DNA of 59,256 nucleotides, the filler included, from Basidioascus undulatus (taxonomy: Eukaryota): the NCBI GenBank assembly GCA_000826855.1. It is 7 parts of 7 records of this genome, joined end to end, with 100 filler letters (N's around TTAATTAATTAA, not from the genome) between each part and the next. Parts side by side here need not be neighbours in the genome. Positions count along the whole stretch, not along the records: positions 36,752 to 44,190 come from JTLS01001557.1; positions 44,291 to 51,725 come from JTLS01001558.1; positions 51,826 to 59,256 come from JTLS01001559.1; 4 more parts are not named here. One strand, written 5' to 3'. The position numbers were made by a program, and so were the translations under genes. Positions 39,401 to 52,489 of this stretch are shown in pieces. The notes under the pieces were generated by a model that searched no databases, had not been told where the DNA came from, and was given only the letters and a program-made list of their open reading frames with translations. The number at the start of each line of letters is the position of its first letter. Position 1 is the first letter of the stretch.

Positions 39401-40331
39401 ATTGTAACTCACCTTGGTAAAGACAAGACTAGGAGATCCACGTTGGCTAACTTTCATGCAGCCAAACCGACGACTACCTCGAAAGCAAGGGCAGTCGCCA
39501 GCCTTCGCGTTCAACAACCAGCGCAGGTCGCCAGGCCAAGGATATCGTGATAGACATGCAAGTTGTTCCCAATCATGAGACTGCAACAAGTGCTGAACAT
39601 TTCTCTTACTCTTCTTGGCCGAGCAGAGAACGTCAATATGACGAGTTCTCGTATCCAGCCTCTCAGACAACTTCGGGAATCGGACTCGGACACTCGAGCA
39701 CATCCGTCGGGGACGCATCCTACTTGGAACACTGAACGTACCTCTCGTCGTTGACATTGTTTGCCATTTAGGAAGTCATGGGTTTTGCCCGTCTGACGCG
39801 ACGGCGTCTGCGTCTGCGTGTTTGGCCGAATCAGTCTTGCCCAACTTCATGCAATACTCCACCGCATTCTTCATGTTCCGCACCATTTCAGAGGGTGCAT
39901 CTAAGTCCAATAAGCTTTGATTTCCCAAGGGTCTGTCGATTTTTTCGGGCGCCAATTTGCGTTCCACCGGTGCTTTGCATGCCTTCGGGCAGTTGACGGC
40001 ACCGCTGTCGGACAATCCAGATAACGCGGAATAGCTCCTTTACAAATAACTCGGCGAAAATATGGGCTCAAGGGCATGGAGAAACACCGAGCGTCTCAGC
40101 TTTACTGGGCGGTCAGCAGGGTGGTCGAGGTCAGCTGGGGGATTTCTGCCAGACTGCGCTAGATCAATGATCCCTCCGACGGGGGAAGGTCCAGGGGGAA
40201 GAGGAAAGAAAAGCGGACCACTGACAAAGATCCACACAGACGACAAGCTCAAGGCAGCTACCTGCAGCTTGATCTGCACTATAGTCGGTAATCGAGCATT
40301 CGCTTACGTTGGTCATGATCGCCGGACACCG

Positions 40332-40668
40332 CATCATAGCGAAGAGTGGCCCTTTTTTGCGGATTGTCTCGGTCAATCCGAGGTAGTCCGGTAAACAATC
40401 TCGACCCTGTCACGTTACAGTTCCAGAGAGTCCATGAATGAGTTTAGTCAGTTCACGAATTATTCGGGATAATTCTTGGATAGCTTCGGTCTGGCGGAGT
40501 GTCCGACACTATCTGGACCGTGTCTGGCTGGCCGTCCGTCGGATAGAGCCCTGTTCTCCGACTGTTCAGAAACACCAGAGATAGTCCATGAATTAGTTAG
40601 GGCAGTTCATAGATTGATCCGGATTATCTAGGACTGTTTGCAAAAAAGGCCCTTTCTTCGCTATGATG
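40332..40668. mobile_element. MITE-like / non-autonomous DNA transposon relic with 29-bp imperfect terminal inverted repeats
   Basis: Left end catcatagcgaagagtggcccttttttgc (40332-40360). The reverse complement of the right end (40640-40668) is catcatagcgaagaaagggccttttttgc. Degenerate ~65-bp internal direct repeats lie at about 40423 and 40575. No ORF and no clear target-site duplication. Confidence 0.6.
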
Positions 40669-40814
40669 AACCGGATGAACCGGACGGCGTTGCTGTCGGG
40701 CAGGCTGCATAAATTGAGGTGTGCCACTCCCACTTCAACCTCTCCTGCTTCCATCTACAACCATCTCACTCCGATTCCTTCCACTACACCTGTATCGCGA
40801 AAGTAGGCCAGAAC

Positions 40815-42184
40815 ATGTCCATCCCCACCGCTCTCATCACCGGTGAAGCACCCTCTGAAGCCCTGCCATCTTGATTGTATGTTCACCACACCTGCGAATG
40901 GCATCTACGGGAGCTGCATCAGGCATCGGCCGCGCCCTTGCTTTCCGGCTACACGCTCTCGGCTCTCGCGTCGTGATCGCAGACCGCGATGCTGCAGGCG
41001 GCCAGGCAGCCGCCAATGAGCTGAATTGGTCTTGTCCCGAGTGAGTAAATTGCCATGCGTTTAAACCGCCTGGTGAAGCTTGGACTGCTCACCTGTGTGA
41101 TGTCCGGTCGGCTCGGCGATTTTCTTCCAGGTCGACGTGACCAGCTGGCTATTCGAGCGTGCTGTCGCTGCGCTGGGTCGTCTCGACTATGGTAAGATCC
41201 CCCACCTCACCCCTCCTGCACCTACCAATAAAACCCTAATCACTCTTCTCTGACTAAAAAATTACCCCTCACTCTCGCCAGTCTTCCCCAACGCGGGGAT
41301 ACCCAACTCCCCGCCTCCCGCACGGCGCGACACACACCTTCTCCCGCCCGAACCTCAAGACGCTCGATGTGAACCTTACGGACGTGGTGTACACTACCAG
41401 CCTCGCTGTGCAAGTATTTGCAGGCAGAGCGTTGGGGAGAAGGGGCATCGCGGGAAGGTCGTCGTTACTGCTAGCATGGCGTGCGTACACATCCAACCCA
41501 GTCCATCTTCAAGCTCTCCTTCAACGGACTTTGGATTGACAACATTTTTGGCTCGCAGATCTATTCATCTGGTCGGGTGGATGCCCCTGTACTGCACCGC
41601 CAAAGCCGGCCTGATAGGGCTCGTGCAGCCGCTAGCGAGACGTAGAAGACGACAAAGTGCGTCTTCCAGCTCCATCTCTATTCCCTCTCTCTTCCAGCAC
41701 AACTAAGCAACTCCCTCCTGGAAGATCACTATAAACACCGTCTGCCCCGACTTCACCGGTACGTCCCCTCGCGAAAGCACAAGTACTCCCAATGACATTC
41801 TCCCACAGAAAGCAACCTCGGCGACCCCGCCATTTTACAAACCATCTCCGCCAGAGGACATACTACCCCAGTCGAAACAGTCGTCAGTGCCTTTATCCGC
41901 TTCCTCGACTTCGAAGAGTCCACGTATTCGCCGCCTCAGGTGCCCCAGCCTTTCCCCGAAAAAGCAGCTTTGGAAACTTATCCGGGTTGACCGGTTTGTG
42001 CGCTCCAGGTCATGCTGTAGGGGACATCCTCGACGCGGTGTAAGACGTTCAGTTCCCGCCGTTCAGGAACCGGCCGTCCAGGCTCAACGGCACGGTGCTG
42101 GAGGAGAACGCGAAGGCTGCGAGCGCGGCGAGGCAGTCAGCTTTTCGAGCTTTTGGTGTTCAGCCATCCTCTTGCATTCTGTAG
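40815..42184 (+). pseudogene. Short-chain dehydrogenase/reductase, probably pseudogenised
   Basis: MSIPTALIT..GAASGIGRALA (TGxxxGIG), VVIADRD, FQVDVTSW, LDYVFPNAGI, LDVNL, GKVVVTAS, PLYCTAKAGL (YxxxK), ITINTVCP. Apparent short deletion after VDVTSW, no clean acceptor for intron 1, and an in-frame TAA near 42041. Confidence 0.75.
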
Positions 42185-43056
42185 TGGATGCACTCCGCAC
42201 GCCTTTGTCCTCTCACGTTCTCCGAAACTATCCACTGAAATCCTTCTTCACAACCAGCTCAGAAACGTTCCTGGCATCTCAAACAGCCGCCCGATGCGCG
42301 CGACACCCGGATCCCACCCAGGTCCTGGTAACTTGCGTCGCAGCGCGCAGCACAACCTCGCTGCGCTGCTTTGAAGGTATAAAGAAGACCTTTCTCCTCA
42401 CCATCATCGTCCGCCCTGAATAATCAACAGAGAAACCAGGGCGATCCCTCTCGCCTGAAACCCGCATCGTCCCAGTCCCAGCGTCCGGGACGGGACAAGA
42501 CGACTCGACTTGCGAGCAGCAGCAGCTGCTGCAGCACGCCCAGGCTGCGAGTAGACTGGCGGCGACGACGCCCTACTGGGCACGCCGAACAATCAACTCT
42601 CATGATCGATGCGTTCCTACCCTATCCAAGGTGGACAGCCTAAGTGCATTGGCGTCGACGCTCTCATCCAGCCCGCTGTCGCCGACAGCGTCGCCAGCCG
42701 TCGCTTACCAGACAACCGTAATGGCAGCCCCGAACCTACGCACACCCTCGTCTCTCTCCTCAGAAACCCATTCAAATCACCCCCCATCCATCACCCCCCT
42801 CCCTCCCACACCCCGCCTCTCCTCCTCACCTCGCACCCTCATCCCCCATGCCCCATTCCACGCCCCTCAAACCCAACAAAACGTGCTCAAATGTAAAGCT
42901 CGTCAAGATCAGACTCAGAAATGATATACCCCTCTACCACCCCACCCCATGCCCCGTCGTGCGCAAAAACAAAGCAAGAAAAGAAAAGTGAAACAGAAGG
43001 GGAGAAGGAAGAAGGGGGAAGGAAGGACAACGAGAAGGGAAGAGGAGGGAGGTGGT

Positions 43057-44190
43057 TTACGCGCCCGCGTACCGCGCCGTCCACTCCTTGCTGACCGCGA
43101 CGGCGTCCTTGAGGTCGCGCTTGTAGTGCTCGGCGACCTGTGTTCCACCCCGCATCCGCATCCCATCCCCGCAGTGTCAGCCCCAACCCAGCTTTTATCC
43201 ACAAGGCCGACCCGACAACGTGAGGGAGAGGAAGGAGATGGAAGAAGGATGTAAGGGGATAGGTGGGGAAAGATGAGAGGACGCACGTCGTTAGCGAGCG
43301 GGTCGTCAGGGTTGGGCGAGGACAGGAGCGCCTGAATGGACAGGAGGACGGTGCGGATTTGAAGGGCGGGGGACCACTTGTCTGCTCGTTCCGTACGTGT
43401 AGACGTGTGAAAGGTGATAGGTGAGATGGGAGAGTGCAGATGCGAGTGCGGGTGGGAGGTGGGGCGTGGAAGGTGGTGGGCGTTTGAGGGGGAGGGCCGT
43501 TGGCAGTGGGAGAGGGAGAGTGTGAAGTGTGGATGAAAGGGCAGGGTGAGGGGAGAGAGATGCAGGGAGGGGGAGGGTGTCGTGTGAGGGGGATCGTTTG
43601 ATGAGGTCGTGTGAGGGGTTAGAGGGGTGGAATGGAGTGGAGATGTGAGCAAGCGCAGCGAGAAAGGTGTAGAAGGCGAGGGGAACGGACCTTTGAGGAT
43701 GTCAAGGCAGATGCGACCGAGCTTGTCGATATTGGGGTGGTAGATCTTCCGCCCAAACCCATATTTCAGCCATCCGCCGGAGGTCCCCTCTCCCCTCTCA
43801 CTGCGAGGCTTGCGCACCTTGGTCAAGAAGCGGACTTTAGGCGGGCACATCGGGTACTCCTCGGGGAGGAAGAGCTCGAGTTTGAACACGCCGTCTGAGC
43901 CCCTCCACACTGTCAGTCTTCTCTTCGAAAGTTGGAGGGGAGTGGGGAAGGGGAGAGAGGAAGAGGGAAGCGGGGGAGGGGGAAACGGACTCTCGAAAGG
44001 CGAACCGCCCGGACCGGTGACGGTGACGTCGAAGTAGCGGAGGTTGTCCTCGTGCGGCGCGGCAGAGATGCCCGGCGCGGGGTCCGCGATGAGGCGCTCT
44101 GTTTCCTGTGCTCCCCCCAGCCCCACCCAGCATCAGCCTGCTATCAAGAGATGACGGGGTAGGGGCAAGGTGGACCTTGAGGATGCGCTT
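43057..44190 (-). CDS. UBC13: Ubiquitin-conjugating enzyme E2 N (first codons lost in gap)
   Basis: [32 protein letters not shown]…[79 protein letters not shown]…EWTARYAGA*. Confidence 0.96.
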
Positions 44191-44290
44191 NNNNNNNNNN
44201 NNNNNNNNNNNNNNNNNNNNNNNNNNNNNNNNNNTTAATTAATTAANNNNNNNNNNNNNNNNNNNNNNNNNNNNNNNNNNNNNNNNNNNN
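44191..44290. other. Artificial contig linker
   Basis: 44 N + TTAATTAATTAA + 44 N. Confidence 0.99.
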
Positions 44291-45820
44291 AGTCCAACTC
44301 GAGCAGGCCCCTCGGGCCCGGCAGGCGCGCGTCGAAGACCCCCACGCCTTTCGCGCTCTCGCCCCCACCCACGCCCGACTTCAAGCCCCTGGCCCAGACT
44401 GACGACATCTTCGAGATGGACGAGGACGCAGCGCCCACTTCCCCGCCGCCTGCGTCTGCGCTTCCGCAGGCTAGCCCGATGCCTAGCCAGCGCGCCAGTC
44501 CGATGCAGACGCCCCTGGGGACGAGTCCGGGCACGACGCCGACTGCGGGGGGAGGCGTGTGGAAGTCGAAGACCGTGATGCAATTGGAAAGGTTCGTCGT
44601 TTGCTGTTTAATTTTGCTGCGTTATGCTTAATTTTCCTTCTCTGCAGTGCCAAGGTCGATCTGCGCACAATCATGGCTGAAGCCGCCGCACCCCTCCCAT
44701 CGCGGACGTCTTCTCAACAGGGCCGACCATCCCCTTCTCTCGCTTCGAGCAGCTCCACTGCCGCCGCAACCCCCTCCGACGTCCTCTTTCCCGCCAAGCT
44801 CTCCCAGCGCGACCGTCGAAAGCTGCAGCAGGCCGGCTCGCCTACCGCGCCCGAGCCCGGCCCGTCCTCGCGCCCGGCCGGCTCGCCCTGGAAGCTCCCC
44901 GAGATGCGGAAGCCAACCGTCTCGTCTACCACTTCCCCTTCGCCTGGTCTGCAGGCTACCGCCGCGGCGTTCGTCCCTGGCCAGCCGATCGCTACCCCGC
45001 CGAGGCCGAGCCCCGTGAGGGCGGGCTCGAGCGCGGTTTCGAGCAGCCCGTCGGCCGGCAGCCCCCTCCTGGGCGCGAGGAGGCCCAGCGCAACCCCGCC
45101 TGTGCACAGGCAGCCCTCGTCATCGGCTGTCGGCGCGCCGGTCATCACGCCTGTTCGGGCGTCGCAGAACAGCGATCAGCGCAGGCGAACGTCTACTGCG
45201 TGCGTCGTCTCCTTCATCGTTTTGCGCATTTCCATTCGCGACTGACAGACATTCCCTCCCAAAGCGATAATGCCTGGGCCCAAGCTTCTCTCATCGCCCC
45301 GTCCGAACCGTCCCCCACAACTCCCACTGCGTCGTTCGCCGCGATCCAGCTGCAGCAGCAGGACTACGCCGAGCGCGCGACAGTCAAGAAGAAGTCGCTC
45401 GCGCAGATCCAGGAGGAGGAACGTGCGGCGCAGGCGGCCAAGCGCGATGAGGAGGACTTCCTCGCGTGGTGGGCGGCGGAGGAGGAGCGCGTCCGCGCGG
45501 AGTCGGCCGCGGCGACGGCGGGCCATGCGGCGGGCGGGCAGGGGAAGAAGAAAGGCGGCGGTGGAGGTGGTGGCGAGGGCGGCGGGAAGGGGAAGAAGGG
45601 GAAGGACAAGGACAAGGAAGGGGAGGCGAGCGGGTCGGGTGCAGGAGTTGGGAAGGGCGCGGGACGCGCTAGGGGAAGTGGAAGCGGCGGACGGGGAGGA
45701 CGCAAGAGCGGCGGCGGGGGCGGCGGGCAAGGTCGCGGTGGCAGTGCACCTCCCGTTGCGCCGAGCCCGCCGACGGGCCCTCGCGCGCAGATGGTCGGCG
45801 GCGGACGAGGGGGCGCTTGA
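44291..45820 (+). CDS. C-terminal part of an ankyrin/RCC1/BTB protein (Btb1/IBTK-like)
   Basis: DDIFEMDE, KVDLRTIMAEA, KLSQRDRRK, SFAAIQLQQQ, KKSLAQIQEEER…EEDFLAWWAAEEERVR and a G/R-rich tail match the C-terminus of this fungal family as I recall it. The diagnostic domains lie outside the contig. Confidence 0.7.
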
Positions 45821-46135
45821 TTCTTCCTTACTCGGTCTTCCTCGTTTTCGTCATCTTGCTTTAGGGATCTCGTTGACTGCACCACTTTGTATCACATCCA
45901 GAGGACTCCCGTGTCGAGGTTGGTTGTATTCCGGAGATGACACAGCTGCATTACCCCTAACATTTATTGGAACAATTTTGGGCCAGGGCTGAGGCGAAAC
46001 GCGTGAGGGCCTCGCGGCTGCAGTCCTAATGAAGGGGGAAGGCGGAGCGTGTGCTCTCGGGGGTTGCCTTCTTTCCGTCGACTCCTTCCAACAGTCCTAC
46101 AGTCTATCTCTGCCTTCCCGCTTCGATCAAGCGCC

Positions 46136-49100
46136 ATGTCCGACTCTACCGATATTTCGCGGGATCCTGGCCCGGCTCCCAATCTTCCGCGGCGCAATCC
46201 AGCGCTTCTCGACGCGTTCCGGCGCATCCAGAGTGCGTCTAGACTGCTAGCGCCGGCGCTGTCCATAGCTTGCTTCTTACCGCCTGATATCCTCCTCCCC
46301 GTCTACCATCCCAGAGCTTCTCGCATCTCTCAAACCACGCTTCAACCCGCCCACGGTCGAGATCATCGACGATCTGAAAGAGCTCGCGCAGAGGGCGGAG
46401 ACGTACGGCAAACTGAGGGGAGCTGACGGCGAAGGCGGGGAGGAGGGCGCAGAGGAGGTGGACCGGGCTGGTGAGTTTACCGCGCCTTCTTTTCATGGCC
46501 GGTTCAATTATCCGTGCTGAGATGCTAAGGGACCCTCAGGCGTGGAGCTCTGGAACGTCACGGTCTTCTCTGGCGCGGGCGAGGGGAACGGCGTCGAGGC
46601 GAAGGTCAAGGGAGCCAGTTAAGTCGCATCTCTCTACATTCTCTATCTCAAGAGGCTTGCGCTGAAAGATTCTGGATTTCAGTGCGGCATGCCGCTTTCA
46701 GGATGCTCGAAGCTGGTTCGGAACGGCCGTTGCCGCCCAGGCCTCTTGCGCGCATGCTGCAGCTCGCAACGAAAGCTGCGTCGGCGCTCTCGAGTGGGTC
46801 TTTGCTTCTTGCCGTCGGAATCAACCTCACTCGACTCACCACTGTGCTTCGTCTCTTTTTGTGTCGCAGGCGCAGGCGAACTGGAGATGAGTGCGAGGCT
46901 GCTCGAGTCGGCTGCGCAGGTCCGCTACAGACTGCCCGCGGCGCTACACCCATAAACGAGTTGATTTGTTTCTGTTGCAGTACCAAGATTGGCTCTCGGC
47001 CATCCACCCTGGACCCGAGCTCGACCCGCAAACCAAGGCTAGCGCGGTCGCCGCGTACTACGCCTGCAGATGCGAGGTCGCGTGGAAGCAGGGCAACGAG
47101 ACGGTCGCAAGCTTCATGCTGGGCAAGGCGACAGGTGGGTTTCCCCTATTCTATTCCCTGCTCTCAGGCGTCGCTGACTTGAATTGTGTCCCCCAGACGA
47201 CAACACCCTCGCCGCCATTACCGTTCCCGAGGTAACGCTCCTCGAGCCGGCGTCTTCAACATCCAGCGTCTTACCTTCCTTCATTGCGCAGATCGAGCTG
47301 CTCGCCGCTCTCGCTCGCAACATCGGCAAGACCGTGCTGAAAACCACCCGGGGAAAGCCGGGCGAAGAAAGCGGCGCTGTCGACTGGCTACAGCGGGCGC
47401 TCAGACTCATGGATCGGCTCGAAGGGGAAGGGGAGGCCGGCGTGCGGGAGCTGAAAGTGAGTAATGGCGAGGACCTGCCCTATGAAACCTGACTAATGCG
47501 GATGATAGGCAGACGTGATGAAATTGCTCGGTGAGGCGTTAACTACACCGTTGTCCGGAGCGTATCTTACGGGACGTCACGTCGCAGCCGTCGCCTACAT
47601 TCGCTCGTCGGCAACTCAGCCTGCACATCTCGACCAAGCTGAGGCGACGCTGGACGAGCTTCTAGGCGACATGGACGACGTGAGTATGAGTACTCTCTTC
47701 TCCGGCTGTCGCTTACCTGAACGGAGCGCAGTCGACGGCTGAAGCGCAGAAGATCCGCTCGATGAAGCTCAGCGTACTGAAGAAGCGAGATGCTGGCGAG
47801 GCGGACTTGGAAAAGCGTGAGTCGCGATGGGCGAAGGCTTGACAGGCCGGGGCTCTGACGACCGTGGGCGATCCCAGTCCTGAAGAAGATGGCGGAGCAC
47901 ATGGACTTCAACGAGACCGCTCTGACCCAGTGCAGTCTTCTCCGATTGAACAAAGTGCAGGACGCGCGGTGCTCACGCTGCCATTTTCAGATACCTTTCG
48001 GAAGTCCACCCCCTCGCAGATTCGATGTCGGTATTTCCTAGCTACTATCTTCCCGTTAGCGACTCGTTCACGCGGCGGTCCTTGAAACAGGCAAGGCCTC
48101 GTCACTTCTGTTCTTCAACACCTGCTTCTCGCCGCCCTCGGTCGACAAGAAGGTCACCCTTTTGTGGATCGCATCCTGCTTTCCCTCATCATCAACACCA
48201 AGGGCGAGCTGCGGCCTCGCCGAGGGATTCAAGATATCGGGCAGGCGTTCGATGGTCTGCTCCTTCGCAGTTTCTTTCCTGCGCTCAACCGGGCTCACTG
48301 TCTTCCGGCGAACAGCGATCCGAGAGCAGGACATCTTCTCGCTAAGCAAGACGGCCTCAGCAGCGTGTCAAACGGTGAGCGCGGTATTCCCGGGCGTTCA
48401 GAAACATCAGGCTGACACCCGGCGTCCAGTTGCTGTGGCAAGTCGGCGACAAGCTCTTCGCGACCAAGCAACTTAGCTACGCTGCGGAGTTCTACTTGCT
48501 CGGCTGTCACGCTGCACTGCGCGCTGCGAGAAAGGTCAACTTCGCACGCTGCTATCGGTACGTGTGCCTATCAAAGGACTGCAATTCGAAACCTTCAGTC
48601 TCTTACGAGAGGGAGGCGCTCAGGAAAGCGGCGCTGTGCTACATCCGCTTGGAAGAGTTCCCCAAGGCATCGGAGGTCGTTCGCCGGTCGTCAAGCGACG
48701 AAGCTGCCAACAGCTTCGTCCTCTTCCTCGCAGCTTCGAAACAGGGACTGGAAGACGAGGGTTCGTCTGCCGTTTCTCCCGGACTGTCCCACCGGCCCAC
48801 AACGGCAGCTGAGTTTCTCACTCTCCCGCAGCCGCCAAAGCGATTATGTCCATGACTCGTGCGCCCGACTTCGACGGGCGCATGCTCCTCCTCGCGACCC
48901 AGCACGCGCACGATGCGGGGCTCAAAGACGTTCTCGCCGTCGCGCTCAAAGAAATTCTTCAGCGGTATCAGAAGGACGGGACAATCGGCACGGAGGTCGA
49001 CGTCCTCGTCCTGTTGCGGTGAGAATTCCTGAAGCTTGAGCTAGTAGCTCGGTTATCTAAACGGGGTGTCTCGCAGGTGCCTGGGACGCACCTGCATCGA

Positions 49101-51079
49101 GCAGCTGGAGAAGGAGGACGTCAATCAGTGCGTAGTCGGCAGATTGTTATCACGAGCGCCGAGGCTGAACTTAAGCGGCTGGCTCACAGACTTTCCGTTA
49201 TCGACTCGATTGTTCAACATTACGAACTGGGTCAGTATCGTATTCCGTCCACTGGAATTCACCGCTGACGACATCATGGCGCTGTGGCAGCAACGGAACT
49301 CGCGGATCGAACCGTCAAGGCAGGCGCTCGCGACACCGCCAGCGCTCACAAGGAACTGCTCTGGCTATACGAGTCAGGTCTGTCCAGCGTCACATGTTCC
49401 CGCTCTACGGAAAATAGCCGGCTGACCTTTCTGCGTCTCGCAGCGTACAATTGCGCTTGCCAGGGTTGCCAGGACTGGCCAGCGAACAAGATTACGCGCC
49501 TTCTCGAGATCACGCTGCAGGTGCGCATCCGTGCTTCCCCATCCCATTCACGATCTGATGCATCGCCTGCGCAGTTGATGGATCTCTACCGTAAACACGC
49601 TCCGTCTGGCTCGTCGCCTGAGCTTGAAGCCCGAAGATGGTCCGTTGCTGGCTACGCTGGTGCATTCCCGATTTTCCGCTGACTGCTGGGTGGACTGCAG
49701 CATGACAACGTTTGCGCTCCTCAGCGCGCGTGGTCTGTCTCATTTTTTCTAGCTGCAGAGCATCCTGCTCAAATTTAAACTTTACCGACCACAGTTTTTG
49801 CCGTTCGAGAGGGTGCAGACGGGCGGGACCGAGTGCGTAGTAGTGCAGCTTGACTGAAGGATTGAAAGTGACTTTACTTTTCTCCGCAGAACGAGCTGCT
49901 CGAGCGCTTGTCGAACGACATTCCCGCCGCGCGGGAGCTCATACGCAAGACGCTGGACTCGCCCAACAACCGCGACGACGAAAAACTGCGACAGGTTGAC
50001 CAGATCGTACGCTTCGCAGTTGGCTGCGGTCGCCTTCTTCAGCTGACGCCGGCCGACAGCTTCTCATCTACCGCGCCGAGGTGCTGTGTCGTCTCGGAAT
50101 GTGGAATGAGATGACAAAGGTCGTCAAGGTAGTGCACAGAAACTTATGCCGCTGTTAGCCGAGGTGCTGACGTTGCGGAGCGAACAGGAGTCGACACAAG
50201 CCGCGGACCTGCCTCCGAAGGTGCTCGAGTCTCTCGCAGATCTCGTTTGGCAAGCACAACCACGAGCACCGGTAGAAGGTCAGATCGCATCCCCGCTCTA
50301 TGGTCCGAAATGCTTGAAAGCTGACCCTCAGACGGAAGTGCAGTCGTAGTCGACGTTCTCGAGGTACGTGAAACTGCGCAGCTGCAATTGCCGTTACCTT
50401 GCTCATGTACAATTCGCATCGCCTAGGCGGTACTGGGAATCTCTGTCGAGCGCTCAATTATCTCTACCGCCAAGTTCGCACGCTTCATGCGCTCCATTGT
50501 CGAGACGCTGCTCGCCCGCCAGCGGTCAACCGACCGTACTCGAGCCGCTCACTTTGTCTCCCAGGCCAACGAGATGCTGTTGAGTCTGGCGTCTCACGGA
50601 GTTCTAGAGGTATGTATCTTCTGAGATTATCTTGAAGTTCAGATGCTGAACTCAGTACAGCGGTATCCCGTTTCCGAGATAGATTGGCTGCTGGCGAAGG
50701 CATGGAACGAGTCGGTCACTTGTTTCTCGTGCGTCTTTCTTCTACCAGGCCTACTTCCCAAGAACCAGCACTCAAGAAGGCTCTCAGAGCATCGCTTTTG
50801 GAAGCAGCGAAGCTTTGGTTCGAGCTGTCGACGTCGCTATGTCGTCACGCAACAGACGGCGAGCGTCGCATCGCCTTGGTGCGTCAGGCTGGATGACCCC
50901 TCCTCGGCGCGGTTGCTCAAGCCTCCCTTGTTCCTTCACCAGATTCAGCGCCATTACGCGTACGTTAGGGCTGTGCCGACGCCGCTGTTTCAAGCCTTCA
51001 CTGACCTTTCCGAATAAACAGCAAACTCCTCGCGAAGTACGCGGCGCCCGAGCAGTCTGCGATGGTGGACGAGACTTGA
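46136..51079 (+). CDS. SPO22: Meiosis protein Spo22/Zip4 (TEX11-like TPR protein), very intron-rich
   Basis: D..GVELWN, VRHAAFRMLEAG, ATKAASAL, YYACRCEVAWKQGNETVASFMLGKA, AVDWLQRALRLM, LLWQVGDKLF..KQLSYAAEFYLL..H…NFARCYRKAALCYIRLEEF, YNCACQGC..W, YPVSEIDWLLAKAWN, AAKLWFELSTSLC. Confidence 0.85.
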
Positions 51080-51236
51080 ACGCTGCAATATCATTTATTC
51101 AATGTAGGATTCGATTGTGTTTTGACACTGAGATGCAAGAAATAGAAGTCTAGATCGCAAGCGATTGAACTTTCAGGAAAGATGATTCGGCATTGAGAGC
51201 AAGCGTCAAGCGTACATGCCATCCCCTCATCCTGCT

Positions 51237-51725
51237 TCAACCCGTCTTCCACTTCCTTGTTGGCAGTGCAAGGGACCGGATATACGCCTCGACCTCCGCC
51301 GGGCCTTCCATGTCCATCGGGTTCCGGAAGGGCGCGGCGGAACGCGCAGGCGCGCTCCAGGTGTGCTCGAACCCAGTCGACCCTGAAGAGACGACTCCTA
51401 TGCCTCAGCGGACCGCCCCCAGGAGCTGTACTCCCTAGCCTTCTCCTTCTCCTCCAGCATGTCGTGCAGCTCAGCCGAGCGAGCCGCAACGGGACTGACG
51501 CACTTGATTACCCTGCCCCCCACCTGGTCAACATTCTCTCGAACGGCAAGAGCGTCGAGCAGAAGCTCCGCACCTGTACCCGTCAAACTCGAACAGCCTC
51601 CCACCGCCCTTGCTCTTCTCGACAAAGACGGGGATCGGCCTCCCGAGGTTCGGCGCGCAGGAATTCGGCCCCGGTGTGGCACCACAGCTCGCGTGGCCAG
51701 CGCGGGCGCGCGGGATAAGATCATG
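51237..51725 (-). CDS. 3' end of an unidentified gene convergent with SPO22
   Basis: Exon-like pieces HDLIPRARAGHASCGATPGPNSCAPNLGRPIPVFVEKSK and STGFEHTWSAP…EVEAYIRSLALPTRKWKTG*. Cut by the gap. Confidence 0.45.
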
Positions 51726-51825
51726 NNNNNNNNNNNNNNNNNNNNNNNNNNNNNNNNNNNNNNNNNNNNTTAATTAATTAANNNNNNNNNNNNNNNNNNN
51801 NNNNNNNNNNNNNNNNNNNNNNNNN
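51726..51825. other. Artificial contig linker
   Basis: 44 N + TTAATTAATTAA + 44 N. Confidence 0.99.
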
Positions 51826-52489
51826 GGAGGGGGGGGGCGGGGCGATGATGGTGATTGTTTAGTCTACCCTGGACGGAGCGAGAGCGTTTGTATGCCCGTT
51901 GCGAAAGAGTCCGTCGTGGCGGGCCGTCGTGGTTCATTGGACGAACAAGGGAGGAATCGCACGCGTACGTCGCGCGTCCTCGCCTCGGCTGCACGTGACA
52001 AAAATCAAACCCATTGTTCAGCCGCCAAACAGTTTGGTATTGCAACGACCTTTTCTGAGTTGATGCTGTGAAACTGCAATAAAGTGGAGATGTGGAAAAC
52101 ATCGGCAAGGTGAAGTAAAGAGGTTGTCAAATCCTAACACACTACTTACTGATACACCGGGCTTTCAACCAACCGCGAGCCAGCGTAACTTGTCAACTTT
52201 CCACATACATGTGCAGAGTCGAATTCAACAAGATATTTGTGTACCCAAATATCAAAGAAAATTAGATGTAAATGGGAGATGGCAGGGCACAGTGTTGACG
52301 GTGTATATGAGTAGCAATCACGCACACACAACGCAGACAGTCGATGTCGCATAGCAGGAGTAGGTGTACTACACCCGTTTATACCGAAGTGAGATTCTAG
52401 AGAATATCATCCTTAAAACATATCAGCCCTAACAAGGCACATAAGCAGCGGACTTGACGCCCAAACGAGACGATACGCTGCATGTACTT

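Noticed and set aside
7450..51825. Regularly spaced TTAATTAATTAA palindromes flanked by N runs
   Set aside because: Identical 100-bp artificial linkers, not biology. They also invalidate any gene-cluster reading across contigs.
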